Positions 7,796-16,980 are shown, counted from the first letter of the stretch. The stretch is 32,000 bases of DNA from an uncultured archaeon (GCA_964565725.1 CAZMGA010000001.1:2518-34517), one strand, 5' to 3'. Made by a program: numbers and translations. The notes: generated by a model from the sequence alone, not told the origin.

Positions 7796-10552
7796 TTACT
7801 TCTTAGGGAATAATAAAAACAAAACTACAACCAAAGCTATAATTATTAATGGGTTTATTCCTCCTAATGATCCTAATAATGAACCCTTTGCAACAATAGC
7901 TTGTGCAGCTGCAGGAATAACTGGGTTTACTGGGATAGTACCGCCAGTAATAACAGGTGCTGCTTGATTTGCTTTGCCTATAGCATAAACTAAAAGTACT
8001 ATTGCAGCAATTATTGCTAAAAGCCCACTTATAGCCCAACCATTGGCAGCAATACTTTTTCTACGTTCTGCTCTTTTTTTCTTTTTTTCTTCTTCTTCTT
8101 TCTTCTTCTTCTTTTCTGGATCTTCATCCTCTTCTTCTTTCTTCTTCTTCTTTTCTGGATCTTCATCAGGCTCTTTTTTTTCTTCTTTTTCTTTTTTTAA
8201 TTCTTCAATAGCTTCTAAAAGTTCGTTATGATGTTCATCCATATAATTTTTTAAATCTTCCAAATCTTCTTTTTTGGCAAAATTTTCAAAAAATTCTTCT
8301 CCAAAAGCATTTTGAATTTTAGCAAATAAATCAGTATTTCCTTTTTCAATAGCTTCATTAATTATTCTTTCTAGTTCAGTACCAAATATTGCTTTAAAAC
8401 CATCTGGTGTTAATCTATCTGAAATTTCTTTTAATTTATCAAAAGTTTCTGTTTTGAAAGTATTTACATTTTCATTTAAATCTAAATACATATTAATTAT
8501 ATCTTCTCTTAGTTTTCTAATTTCACCAATAGTTTTACCTATACCGTGGCCTATACCTTTACTAGTAGATTTCAATTCTTTCATTGCTTCTTTTATTGCT
8601 TCGTTTATAGAATCTAATTTTGTACCCAAATCTTTTAACTCAGGAAATTCTTTAGAAAATTCAGCTATAATTACTTTTACAATTTCCGAATTGTTTTCAA
8701 TAAAAGATTCTTTAATTGCTTCTTTTATAAATTTTTTATATTTTTCAGAAGACATATAATCTTTTAATTTTCTAATTTCACCAATAGTTTTGCCTATACC
8801 ATGACCTATACCTTTACTAGTAGATTTCAATTCTTTCATTAAGTCTTGCATTAAATTATCAATATATTGAAATTCAGGATCTAATTTGTCTAAAAGCTCT
8901 TTTACTAACTCTGTTTTTTCTCTTTTAAAGGATTCATCAAGAACCTCTTTTAAAATTTTTTTAAATGTACTTTCATTTATTTGTGTATTTTTAATTTCTT
9001 TTAATTTATTTAAAATTTCTATATGATAATCGTGTTCAGATAATAAAAGCTCAAAAGTAGAATTAAGATTTTCATAAATAATTTCTATTGTTTCTCTACT
9101 AACATTATTTTTTTGTGATTCTTCAATTAAAATTCTTTCCAATCTTTCTTGTAATTCTTTTTGTGTGTCTAATTTTTGACTTATTTCTGTAAATTTTACG
9201 TTAAAAGTTTCTTCGGCCATTCTTAAAAGTTCTTTATTATTAAAGTAATTTATTTCTTTAAATATCGTTTTTAGTCTTTCTGGAGTTATCATTCTTCTTA
9301 ATTCAGAAATGTTGGAAAAAACTCTTAAAAACCCTTTCATTAAATTTTCTTGATTTTCTTTTTGATTTGATTTGATTTCTCTTATTTCTTTTAAAATATC
9401 ATTTAGTTTAGATTCTAAATTTGGATTAGAATTAGTTTCTTTTATAGATTCTACAATACTTATTAAAGTTTCCCTTTTTTCAGAAAAACTTGAATTACTA
9501 AAAAATACGTTTATATTTGTATTAAATACTTGTTGAAAAATATTTTCTTGTGTAAAATTATTCAAAATATTATTTATTGTTTCAGAACTTAACCTTTCTT
9601 TTTTTAATCTTAACAATAATTTAGTTAGCATTTCTTGTACTTCAGGACTTTGTCTTTCAAGATATTTTTTTATTTTAACTATTTTTAAGTCCAGTTCTCT
9701 CTCATTAATTTTTAATGATCTAGTCATTATTTTAATTAAGTCAGTAATTTCATTTACTTTAGAAGTTTGAGATTGTTTTACAATTGCTCTTTCTTTATTT
9801 AAAACTTCTTTTACAAGCTTTATTGCTCTTTCTGGATTTGTTTTATATTGTTTTACAAAAAAATCCAACATTTGTTGTTGTTTTTTACTATCAAACCCTT
9901 TTTTCTTTAAATATTTGGAATATAAATCAAAAGTTGTTTTAAATTCATTTTCGCTTTTGGTTTTTAATTTTAATTCTAATTGTTTAGGTTTTTTTCCAAC
10001 TTCTTGTTTAGATTCTTCCTTTCCGAATTCTAAAGGTAATTCTAATTGTCTAGGATCTTTAGTTATAATTTTAGGTTTTTTAAATAATTCTAGTTGTGTT
10101 CCTTTTGGCATTTCTCTTTTTTTTCTTGGTTTGCTAGTTTTTTTAACTGCTTCTCTAGGTCCTATTTCAGGTAATTCCATTTGCATTGGTTTTTTCATTT
10201 TTGAACTTAAAACAGATTCTAAAATTTTTAATTTTAAAATAGATTCTTTTAATTCTGAACTATATTTTCTTGCATTTTGTCCAAAAAAACCTGTTTGTTT
10301 TTTAGATAATTTTTCTCTTAAAAAATTAATTCTAGACTCTAAATTTAAAGATTCAGATTTTAAATCGGGAATTGTTTTAGTTATATAACTTCTTTCTATA
10401 CTTCTTGTTAATAAATTAACCCTTGCTTTATTAAATTTACTTAAAGTAATTTTTGAGGTTGGTTTTTTTGTAATAGGTCTTTTAACTCTTTCTAATTTAA
10501 TATTTTCTTTTTCTAAATTCAACTTCCTTTCTATATTTCTGCTTTTAGCCAT
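7796..10552 (-). CDS. Giant (918 aa) coiled-coil protein with a C-terminal two-helix membrane hairpin; no recognisable family
   Basis: A long K/E/I/L-rich helical sequence with internal repeats and a Lys/Glu linker. It ends in RAERRK-WAISGLLAIIAAIVLLVYAIG-loop-INPLIIIALVVVLFLLF-PKK. There is no signal peptide. The start is set at ATG 10552, preceded by GGTG (10558-10561). The track's TTG at 10609 would translate the TATA-rich promoter region. Confidence 0.75.
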   Translation of the reverse strand: MAKSRNIERKLNLEKENIKLERVKRPITKKPTSKITLSKFNKARVNLLTRSIERSYITKTIPDLKSESLNLESRINFLREKLSKKQTGFFGQNARKYSSELKESILKLKILESVLSSKMKKPMQMELPEIGPREAVKKTSKPRKKREMPKGTQLELFKKPKIITKDPRQLELPLEFGKEESKQEVGKKPKQLELKLKTKSENEFKTTFDLYSKYLKKKGFDSKKQQQMLDFFVKQYKTNPERAIKLVKEVLNKERAIVKQSQTSKVNEITDLIKIMTRSLKINERELDLKIVKIKKYLERQSPEVQEMLTKLLLRLKKERLSSETINNILNNFTQENIFQQVFNTNINVFFSNSSFSEKRETLISIVESIKETNSNPNLESKLNDILKEIREIKSNQKENQENLMKGFLRVFSNISELRRMITPERLKTIFKEINYFNNKELLRMAEETFNVKFTEISQKLDTQKELQERLERILIEESQKNNVSRETIEIIYENLNSTFELLLSEHDYHIEILNKLKEIKNTQINESTFKKILKEVLDESFKREKTELVKELLDKLDPEFQYIDNLMQDLMKELKSTSKGIGHGIGKTIGEIRKLKDYMSSEKYKKFIKEAIKESFIENNSEIVKVIIAEFSKEFPELKDLGTKLDSINEAIKEAMKELKSTSKGIGHGIGKTIGEIRKLREDIINMYLDLNENVNTFKTETFDKLKEISDRLTPDGFKAIFGTELERIINEAIEKGNTDLFAKIQNAFGEEFFENFAKKEDLEDLKNYMDEHHNELLEAIEELKKEKEEKKEPDEDPEKKKKKEEEDEDPEKKKKKEEEEKKKKRAERRKSIAANGWAISGLLAIIAAIVLLVYAIGKANQAAPVITGGTIPVNPVIPAAAQAIVAKGSLLGSLGGINPLIIIALVVVLFLLFPKK
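8090..8167 (-). repeat. Intragenic tandem repeat, 2 x 39 nt (38/39 identical)
   Basis: 8090-8128 and 8129-8167 differ only at the first base. They encode DEDPEKKKKKEEE twice in the linker preceding the membrane hairpin. Confidence 0.9.
8513..8585 (-). repeat. Intragenic dispersed repeat, copy 1 (73 nt)
   Basis: 70/73 identical to 8768-8840, at an offset of 255 nt (85 codons). It encodes MKELKSTSKGIGHGIGKTIGEIRKL. Confidence 0.9.
8768..8840 (-). repeat. Intragenic dispersed repeat, copy 2 (73 nt)
   Basis: Partner of 8513-8585. The three nucleotide differences are all synonymous, because the encoded 25-aa peptide is identical. Confidence 0.9.
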
Positions 10553-10570
10553 AAACACACCATTCCTATA

Positions 10571-10599
10571 ATTATATATTATATAAAAACTTATATAAA
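10571..10599 (-). promoter_or_regulatory. Candidate TATA-box region for the giant coiled-coil gene
   Basis: The minus strand reads CTTTATATAAGTTTTTATATAATATATAA, ending about 20-45 nt upstream of ATG 10552, followed by a short leader with GGTG. Confidence 0.3.
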
Positions 10600-10627
10600 G
10601 GTTTTCCAAAAAAGTTAACTATTTAAC

Positions 10628-11296
10628 TCAATTGAAAAAATCTTTTCCTTCATATTCTTTTGCTTTTCCACTTCTACCAATTATTAATATTAATAATAAT
10701 ATTATAAAAATTATAATTATAGGGGAACTTTCGGAACTTAGAGATGATTTTGTTAAATAAAATAATAATATAGTGCCAATTAAAACAAATGCAGATATTC
10801 TAAAAAATGGACTTCGCATTAATTCAAATACTCTTTTTGCTTTGTTTATTTTTTTGGATATTTCTTTTTTTGATTCATCTAAAAGTTTCTCATCTTTAAT
10901 TTCTTTTTCCAATATTTTTTCTTCTTCAAATCTTGCTTCTTTGAGTTCTTTTTCAAATGCTTTTTCTTCTTTTCTTTCTCTATTTATTAAATTAAATTTT
11001 CTTTGATTATTACTTTCATATTCTTCGTTTTCAGTAAAGTTTTGAGCTTTATTTAACTTTTTTTCAGCCATTTTTTGATAAGTATAAAAATCTTCTTTGG
11101 AAATTTCATTATTTTTATAACTTATTCGCAAATTTCGCATAAATATGTCATATTCACCTTGCAGTAAAGTTTTTTTTCTACCCAAACTAGTTCTAATGTC
11201 ATTATGAACTTCAGTATTTTTAGGTTTGGGTACTTTTGGTTTTAATCTTTTTAATGGTTCTTCTACTCTTAATCTTTCACGTTTTTTAATATCCAT
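10628..11296 (-). CDS. Coiled-coil protein (222 aa) with a C-terminal two-helix membrane hairpin; small counterpart of the neighbouring giant protein
   Basis: Basic N-terminus (RERLRVEEPLKRLKPKVPKPK), then a K/E-rich helical region, then ISAFVLIGTILLFYL-TKSSLSSESS-PIIIIFIILLLILIIG-RSGKAKE. ATG at 11296 is preceded by GTGAT. The track start at 11305 is GTG. Confidence 0.7.
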   Translation of the reverse strand: MDIKKRERLRVEEPLKRLKPKVPKPKNTEVHNDIRTSLGRKKTLLQGEYDIFMRNLRISYKNNEISKEDFYTYQKMAEKKLNKAQNFTENEEYESNNQRKFNLINRERKEEKAFEKELKEARFEEEKILEKEIKDEKLLDESKKEISKKINKAKRVFELMRSPFFRISAFVLIGTILLFYLTKSSLSSESSPIIIIFIILLLILIIGRSGKAKEYEGKDFFN

Positions 11297-11362
11297 ACAA
11301 ATCACAAAGTAAATATAACTATATAATAATCCTTTAAATACTTTTCCTATATATTAATATAA

Positions 11363-12076
11363 ATGAGAAATAAGTTTTTAGATATTGCAAATTTAAGTTT
11401 AAAATATTATTTTAATACATTCTATGTATCTTTAGGTTTTGGATTAATATATATAACTTTATTAAATGTAATTAAAAATGTTGATTTTAGTATATTTTTT
11501 GGAAATTTAACCTATAGTTATATTACAAACGTGTCTTTAATTTATGTCATACCCACAATTGTTTTAGGGGCGTTTATTAATTCTATTTTTGTAACTTTAT
11601 TGATTTTTGTAATTAGAAAAAAATTATTACAAGAACATAGAAAAGTTTATGTTATAGAATATTTAAAAAAACACAGCATTTATGTATTTTTATTTAATCT
11701 TTTAATTTATTTTTTAATTTTTTTAATTTACATAATTTTTACAAATACAAGAGTAAGTTTTTTTATACCTATTCTTACAATTATAATTTTAGTTATAAAC
11801 TTTTATACAATTCAATCAATAGTTATTGATGAAAAAAATATTTTTTCGGGAATTTCTTACGCTGTATTTTTTTTGAAAAAAAACTTTTTAAAAACAATAA
11901 TTTTAATTTTAGTTTTAACAATTTTATATTTTTTGATAAGTTTAATTGCGTTTTATTTTAGCTTTGGTTGGATAATCTCAATGATTTTATATACTTTGTT
12001 TTTTTATCCTTTTTTAGAAATTGTAAAAACAATAATTTACTTAACAAAATATGAAATAGTAAAAAGTTATTTATAA
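11363..12076 (+). CDS. Hypothetical polytopic membrane protein (about 6 TM)
   Basis: Repeated 20-25 aa hydrophobic stretches are separated by short basic loops. No motif recognised. It is transcribed divergently from the coiled-coil pair. Confidence 0.6.
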   Translation: MRNKFLDIANLSLKYYFNTFYVSLGFGLIYITLLNVIKNVDFSIFFGNLTYSYITNVSLIYVIPTIVLGAFINSIFVTLLIFVIRKKLLQEHRKVYVIEYLKKHSIYVFLFNLLIYFLIFLIYIIFTNTRVSFFIPILTIIILVINFYTIQSIVIDEKNIFSGISYAVFFLKKNFLKTIILILVLTILYFLISLIAFYFSFGWIISMILYTLFFYPFLEIVKTIIYLTKYEIVKSYL

Positions 12077-12077
12077 A

Positions 12078-14084
12078 TTATTTATTTTCTAATTTCTTTT
12101 CTTTATTATTTAAACAATTAAGATTTATGCAAATTTCTACATCATTTAACTTTATTATAGGAGCTTTGCACAATTCACAAAATTTAGTAGTAAAAACTAT
12201 ATTTCCTTTTTGTGGTAAAGGATATGTTTGTTTACAATTAGGATACCCAGAACAACCTACAAAGTTTTTACCCATTTTTGACTTTCTTGTAATTAAATCT
12301 TTTTTACAAATAGGACAAACACCTACTTTAGTAATAAAAGTTTTTTTTATGTTCTTTGAAATTTCATCTTTATTTTTATATAATTCATCCAATATTTCTG
12401 ATAGCATTATTAATGAATCTTTTACCACATTTTTCTTTGTTGTTTTACCTTCTTCAATATCATTCATCTCATTTTCTAATTTTGAAGTCATATCTACATT
12501 AACAACATGATTAGCATAATCTTCTAAAGTTTTTACAACTATTTTTGAAACTTTTGAAGGCAATATTTGTTTTTTTCCAGAAATATAATCCCTAGAATAT
12601 AATTTTTCTAATATTGCTGGACGAGTTGATTTTGTACCTAAATTTAATTTTTCCATTAATTTTATTAATGTTCCTTGAGAATATCTTGCAGGAGGCTTTG
12701 TTTTTTTAGATAATAAATCTTTTTTGATTATTTCTAAAATCTCATTTAATTCTAAATTAGGTAATAAATTTTCTTTTTGATTTACGTAAGGATAATATTC
12801 TAAAAATCCTTTATCTATAAATATAATTCCTTTTGTAAAAAATATTTCTTTATTTACATCTAATTCTATATTAGTAATTATTGTTTTAGCGTCCAAATAT
12901 AATGTAGCTAAAAAGTGATCTGTAATTAATTTAAATACTTTCCACTCTTCTTTACTTAATTTTTCTTTTTCAGGCAAAGTTACAGGATGTATTGGAGGAT
13001 GATCTTTTGTAGATATTCCTTTAGAAGGAATTATTTTTGGCAAGGCCAAAATTTTATTAATTATAGAATTAAAATCAGAACATTTTAATTCTTTTAAAAT
13101 GTTTTCAAAAACTACTCCTATATATGTTTGATTATCTGTTCTGGGATAACTAATATATCCTTTCATATATAAATTTTCAGCAATATTCATAGCTTTTATT
13201 GCATCAATATTTATTGCTGCAGCAGCTCTTAAAAAATCAGTAGTATTAAATGGAATTGGTTTTTCAATTGTACCTTCTTTCTTTTCTAATTTTATTATTT
13301 TTGCTTTATTACCTAATTGAGAAAATATTTTTTCTGCATCCTCTTTTTTATATATTCTTCCTTTTTTATATTCTGCTTTGAATTTTGTGTTTTCTTTGTT
13401 TAATATTATTTCTATTTCCCAAAATGGTTCGGAAATAAAATTTTCAATTTCTAATTCTTTTTCCACAACCTTTGCCAAAGTAGGACTTTGAACCCGTCCA
13501 ACACTTAAAAAATTTTTGCCTGTTTGACCAGTGTAAGTACTAAGAAATCTTGTTAATATTGCCCCCCAATATAAATCAATTTCTCTTCTCGCATCTGCAG
13601 AATCAGCCATTTTTTTATTTAAATCTAAAGTATTAGAAAATGCTTTATTTAGTTCTTCTTTTGTAATTGCTGAAAAATAAGCTCTTTTTATTTCTATTTT
13701 TGGATTTTTTTTTAACAAACAATCTACTGCTTCATTACCTATAGATTCTCCTTCTCTATCAGCATCTGTTGCAACTATAACTTTTTTTGCAAGAACTCCA
13801 TTTAAAACTTTTATTATATTTGGTTGGGTTTCTTTATAATATATTGGTTCATTGTCTACAATTCTTTTTAAATTTATATACCAATTACTATACTCTTTAG
13901 TAAAATCTACATCTTTTATGTGCCCTTTTAGAGGAACTAAAATAGTTTTTCCAAAATCTTTATGATTAAATTCAAAAAAACTAACCCCTTTGTCTTGTTT
14001 AGTAGAATAGGTATTATTAGATAATATTTGAGCTATACTTTGTCCAGCAATTGGCTTTTCAGAAATAATAATTGTGTCATACAT
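12078..14084 (-). CDS. topA: Type IA DNA topoisomerase (TopA/Topo III-like) with C-terminal zinc ribbons
   Basis: Toprim IISEKPIAG and DADREGE, active-site Tyr in ISYPRTDN, and C-terminal CPICKK...GCSGYPNCK and CELCK...CINLNC. Confidence 0.9.
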   Translation of the reverse strand: MYDTIIISEKPIAGQSIAQILSNNTYSTKQDKGVSFFEFNHKDFGKTILVPLKGHIKDVDFTKEYSNWYINLKRIVDNEPIYYKETQPNIIKVLNGVLAKKVIVATDADREGESIGNEAVDCLLKKNPKIEIKRAYFSAITKEELNKAFSNTLDLNKKMADSADARREIDLYWGAILTRFLSTYTGQTGKNFLSVGRVQSPTLAKVVEKELEIENFISEPFWEIEIILNKENTKFKAEYKKGRIYKKEDAEKIFSQLGNKAKIIKLEKKEGTIEKPIPFNTTDFLRAAAAINIDAIKAMNIAENLYMKGYISYPRTDNQTYIGVVFENILKELKCSDFNSIINKILALPKIIPSKGISTKDHPPIHPVTLPEKEKLSKEEWKVFKLITDHFLATLYLDAKTIITNIELDVNKEIFFTKGIIFIDKGFLEYYPYVNQKENLLPNLELNEILEIIKKDLLSKKTKPPARYSQGTLIKLMEKLNLGTKSTRPAILEKLYSRDYISGKKQILPSKVSKIVVKTLEDYANHVVNVDMTSKLENEMNDIEEGKTTKKNVVKDSLIMLSEILDELYKNKDEISKNIKKTFITKVGVCPICKKDLITRKSKMGKNFVGCSGYPNCKQTYPLPQKGNIVFTTKFCELCKAPIIKLNDVEICINLNCLNNKEKKLENK

Positions 14085-14092
14085 AATAAACC

Positions 14093-14566
14093 CTATCTAT
14101 AATAAATCTGTAAACTATCTTTAGGAATAGAGTTTCTTTCAAATTCTTTTTTAGTAATTACAATTATTCCAAAATTATTTATCCCTACTAATTTAGCAAT
14201 TAATTTATTTAAAACTTCAAATTGATTAAAGTCTTTTAATAAATAATTAAAAATAATATTATAATCACCTAATGTTCTATAAGCTGTTTTAACATAATCA
14301 TTTTCTTGTAATATAACTAAATTTTTATCAATAGATAAAGGTTCACAATTTAAAAAAACTAGTAATTCTCCACTTATTCCTAATACTTTATAATCTAAAT
14401 CTACAGATATTTTTTTTATTATTCCTTTACTCATCAAATTCTCAAATCTTTTTTTAACGGCCACATCAGTAATATTTAATTCTCGCGCAATTTCACTAAA
14501 ACTAATTCTACCATTATCCATTAATTTTGTTAATATTTTATAATCATATTGATCCAAAACTTGCAT
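14093..14566 (-). CDS. Lrp/AsnC-family transcriptional regulator
   Basis: LDQYDYKILTKLMDNGRISFSEIARELNITDVAVKKRFENLMSKGIIKK is an HTH_AsnC signature, followed by a RAM-like C-terminal half. Confidence 0.85.
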   Translation of the reverse strand: MQVLDQYDYKILTKLMDNGRISFSEIARELNITDVAVKKRFENLMSKGIIKKISVDLDYKVLGISGELLVFLNCEPLSIDKNLVILQENDYVKTAYRTLGDYNIIFNYLLKDFNQFEVLNKLIAKLVGINNFGIIVITKKEFERNSIPKDSLQIYYR

Positions 14567-14602
14567 ACATTCACCATTTATAATTAAAACTTTATACCTA
14601 AA

Positions 14603-16159
14603 TCATTTTAAATACTTGCTTACATAAAAGCCATCTTCAAAGTATCCTTGCTTATAATAATACTCTCTTACACCCAAACCAGAAATAACAGATATTTTTT
14701 TGTATTTGTTTTTTAAAGCAATCTCTTCTGCTTTTTGTAATAATAATTTACCAATGCCTTGATGTTGTCCAATTTGATTTGAAATGTCATTAACTTTTAC
14801 AATTTTGCCATATACATGTAATTCTCTAACTAATGCAGAATTTTTTATTTCCCCAATAAAAGGTTTGTGAGGAAATCTTAATCTAATAAATCCTAATATT
14901 TGATCTCTGTTTTCTGTTTCATAAGATATAAAAAATTCCTTTCCTTTACTTGCAAAATATTTCTCTACAAATATTTTATAATTTTCACATTTACTTTCTT
15001 TAAATCCTAATTGTCTAAATCTAATTTCTTTTATATTTATTTTATTTTTTATACAATAATTAAATATTTCTTCACGCATATTTGTTTTTTTGGGTCCATC
15101 ACTTATTTTTGTAATAGGTATATCTCTTTGAATTCGCATCACTCTATTCCAATAAGGTATTAATGGGTAAAAACCTTTCAAAAAATTAAAAAAATCATCA
15201 TCATTATATACTTTATATTTATTTTCTTTCCACAAGTTAAATAATTTAGTATTGGGCATTATTAACAAAGGATAAATTTTAAGCATATCTGGTTTAAAAT
15301 AATTTTTTTTAAATAATTTAGAAAACATTTTTATATCTTTTTTAGAATCAGAATATAATCCTGGCATTATATGATACAATACTTTTAAACCGGAATCTTT
15401 TAATAATTGTGTTGATAATTTAACATCTTTAATGGTGTGGCCTCTATTTACTTTATTATAAATTTTATTAGATAATGTTTGTACACCTAATTCTATTCTT
15501 GTAGCACCTAAATTTAATAAGTTTTTTATTTCTTCTTTACTGCACATATCAGGTCTGGTTTCTATAGTCAAACCTACTGGTCTATAATTACAAGTTTCTA
15601 CTGATTTTTTTGCAGCTTTTAATGATTTATGCTCTTTATTACTTAATGCATCATAAATTCTTTTTACAAAAAACTCTTGATAATCTAAAGGTTCATTATT
15701 AAATGTACCCCCCATAATTATTAATTCTATTTTTGAAACATCATGACCTACATTTTCTAATTGACTTATTCTATTTTTTACTTGTAAATAAGAATCATAA
15801 TTGTTTGCAATGGCTCTCATAGATGCTGGTTCAGAACCTGTATAACTTTGAGGCACATTCATATCTAAACCACCAGGACAAAAAATACACTTGCCATGTG
15901 GACAAACTCCTGGTCTACACATTACCGCTACAACATTTACCCCTGATAAAGAACGAGAATCTTTAATGGTTAAATATTTTTGTAGCTCTTTTTTGTTTTC
16001 TAAATCACAATATTTATAAATTTCTGAATTTAGAGGTATTTTTTTTAAATTATATTTTGTCGCCAAATATATTTTTTTGTTATTCAAAGAATCAATATTA
16101 GGTTTTGATTTTAAAATAAAATCTATTAATTCTTTAGCCATTTTTTCAATAGAGGGCAA
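14603..16159 (-). CDS. elp3: Elp3-type radical SAM / GNAT tRNA wobble-uridine modification enzyme
   Basis: CRPGVCPHGKCIFCPGG cluster region, a radical-SAM barrel, and a C-terminal GNAT (QHQGIGKLLLQKAEEIA). The TTG start at 16159 is favoured by the strong SD at 16163-16170. An alternative ATG lies at 16141. Confidence 0.88.
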   Translation of the reverse strand: MPSIEKMAKELIDFILKSKPNIDSLNNKKIYLATKYNLKKIPLNSEIYKYCDLENKKELQKYLTIKDSRSLSGVNVVAVMCRPGVCPHGKCIFCPGGLDMNVPQSYTGSEPASMRAIANNYDSYLQVKNRISQLENVGHDVSKIELIIMGGTFNNEPLDYQEFFVKRIYDALSNKEHKSLKAAKKSVETCNYRPVGLTIETRPDMCSKEEIKNLLNLGATRIELGVQTLSNKIYNKVNRGHTIKDVKLSTQLLKDSGLKVLYHIMPGLYSDSKKDIKMFSKLFKKNYFKPDMLKIYPLLIMPNTKLFNLWKENKYKVYNDDDFFNFLKGFYPLIPYWNRVMRIQRDIPITKISDGPKKTNMREEIFNYCIKNKINIKEIRFRQLGFKESKCENYKIFVEKYFASKGKEFFISYETENRDQILGFIRLRFPHKPFIGEIKNSALVRELHVYGKIVKVNDISNQIGQHQGIGKLLLQKAEEIALKNKYKKISVISGLGVREYYYKQGYFEDGFYVSKYLK

Positions 16160-16162
16160 AAA

Positions 16163-16170
16163 ATCACCTC
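16163..16170 (-). promoter_or_regulatory. Strong Shine-Dalgarno GAGGTGAT for elp3
   Basis: The minus strand reads GAGGTGAT-TTT-TTG. It overlaps the stop codon of the upstream gene and is the longest anti-16S match I saw in the window. Confidence 0.5.
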
Positions 16171-16913
16171 TATGCTAATAAAGCTATAAAATAAGTAATT
16201 GAAGAATATAAATAAAAAATAGGATTTGCTATAAAAAAAGAATTAGCAGGTAAAGATAAAAAGTCTTGTAAATTTCTATTTATTAATATTGTTTTTTTAC
16301 TTATCAATTCTTTGTTTAAATTTTTTATATTTAAATAAAATTCTATATCATAATTTCCAGGATTTTTGGGAATAAATGAAAAATTATATTCTTTATTTGT
16401 TCTACCATCTAAAATAAAATTTATGTTAGGAAGTATGTTTTGAGGATAATTTGTACTTAAATAACCTTCAAATACGTTATCTGAATTATTAACAAAAGAT
16501 ATTACTCCTTTTTTTTCTACAAATAAATTTCCTTCGTTAGTCATCAAAATATAGGTTTTTAAAAAATCTTTTGAAACTATTGCAGTTATTTTTTCAGTTA
16601 TGTTTTGCTCAGATCCTTTGTAATGATAACTTATATTTATTTCATATTTACCTATTGGAGGATTTATTATTTCAAATCCATAGTATGGCCCTTTTAATTC
16701 AAAAACATTACATTTTAAAGAAGCACAATCTAAAGAATCTAAAATAATTGTTTGATTGTTTATAGAGTTTAAAAAATTTACCTCAATATTTAGACCTGGA
16801 TAAATCCTTAATTCTTTACCATCAAATGAAGTAGGTAAAACAAACTCTAAAGAATAACTAAAACTTAATGTAAAAATAATTCCAAATAATAAAAATAACA
16901 TTTTTTTTGCCAT
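16170..16913 (-). CDS. Hypothetical exported protein with a C-terminal membrane anchor
   Basis: N-terminal signal-like MAKKMLFLLFGIIFTLSFSYS, a beta-rich body (two IGKYEINISY / PGNYDIEFYL type strands) and a hydrophobic C-terminus FFIANPIFYLYSSITYFIALLA. Confidence 0.6.
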   Translation of the reverse strand: MAKKMLFLLFGIIFTLSFSYSLEFVLPTSFDGKELRIYPGLNIEVNFLNSINNQTIILDSLDCASLKCNVFELKGPYYGFEIINPPIGKYEINISYHYKGSEQNITEKITAIVSKDFLKTYILMTNEGNLFVEKKGVISFVNNSDNVFEGYLSTNYPQNILPNINFILDGRTNKEYNFSFIPKNPGNYDIEFYLNIKNLNKELISKKTILINRNLQDFLSLPANSFFIANPIFYLYSSITYFIALLA

Positions 16914-16970
16914 ATTTATAATATACCTATTGTGTTTAAAAACATTTGGTAATAATATATATTATATATA

Positions 16971-16976
16971 AGGTGA
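16971..16976 (+). promoter_or_regulatory. Shine-Dalgarno AGGTGA for ORF 16981
   Basis: AGGTGA lies 4 nt upstream of ATG 16981. Confidence 0.45.
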
Positions 16977-16980
16977 ATTA

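Noticed and set aside
7796-7870. The C-terminus of the giant protein as a PGF-CTERM/archaeosortase or other sorting signal.
   Set aside because: There is no PGF/PEF tripeptide. Two hydrophobic helices are present rather than one terminal helix, and the protein lacks an N-terminal signal peptide.
8043-8231. A plus-strand ORF encoding FFFFFSGSSSSSS-type sequence.
   Set aside because: It is the antisense reading of the K/E-rich 39-nt tandem repeat of the giant coiled-coil gene.
8513-8840. GIGHGIGKT looked like a Walker A P-loop, duplicated.
   Set aside because: The spacing does not fit GxxxxGK(S/T): the glycines give x3 or x5, not x4. There is no Walker B or surrounding NTPase fold context, and the motif is embedded in coiled coil.
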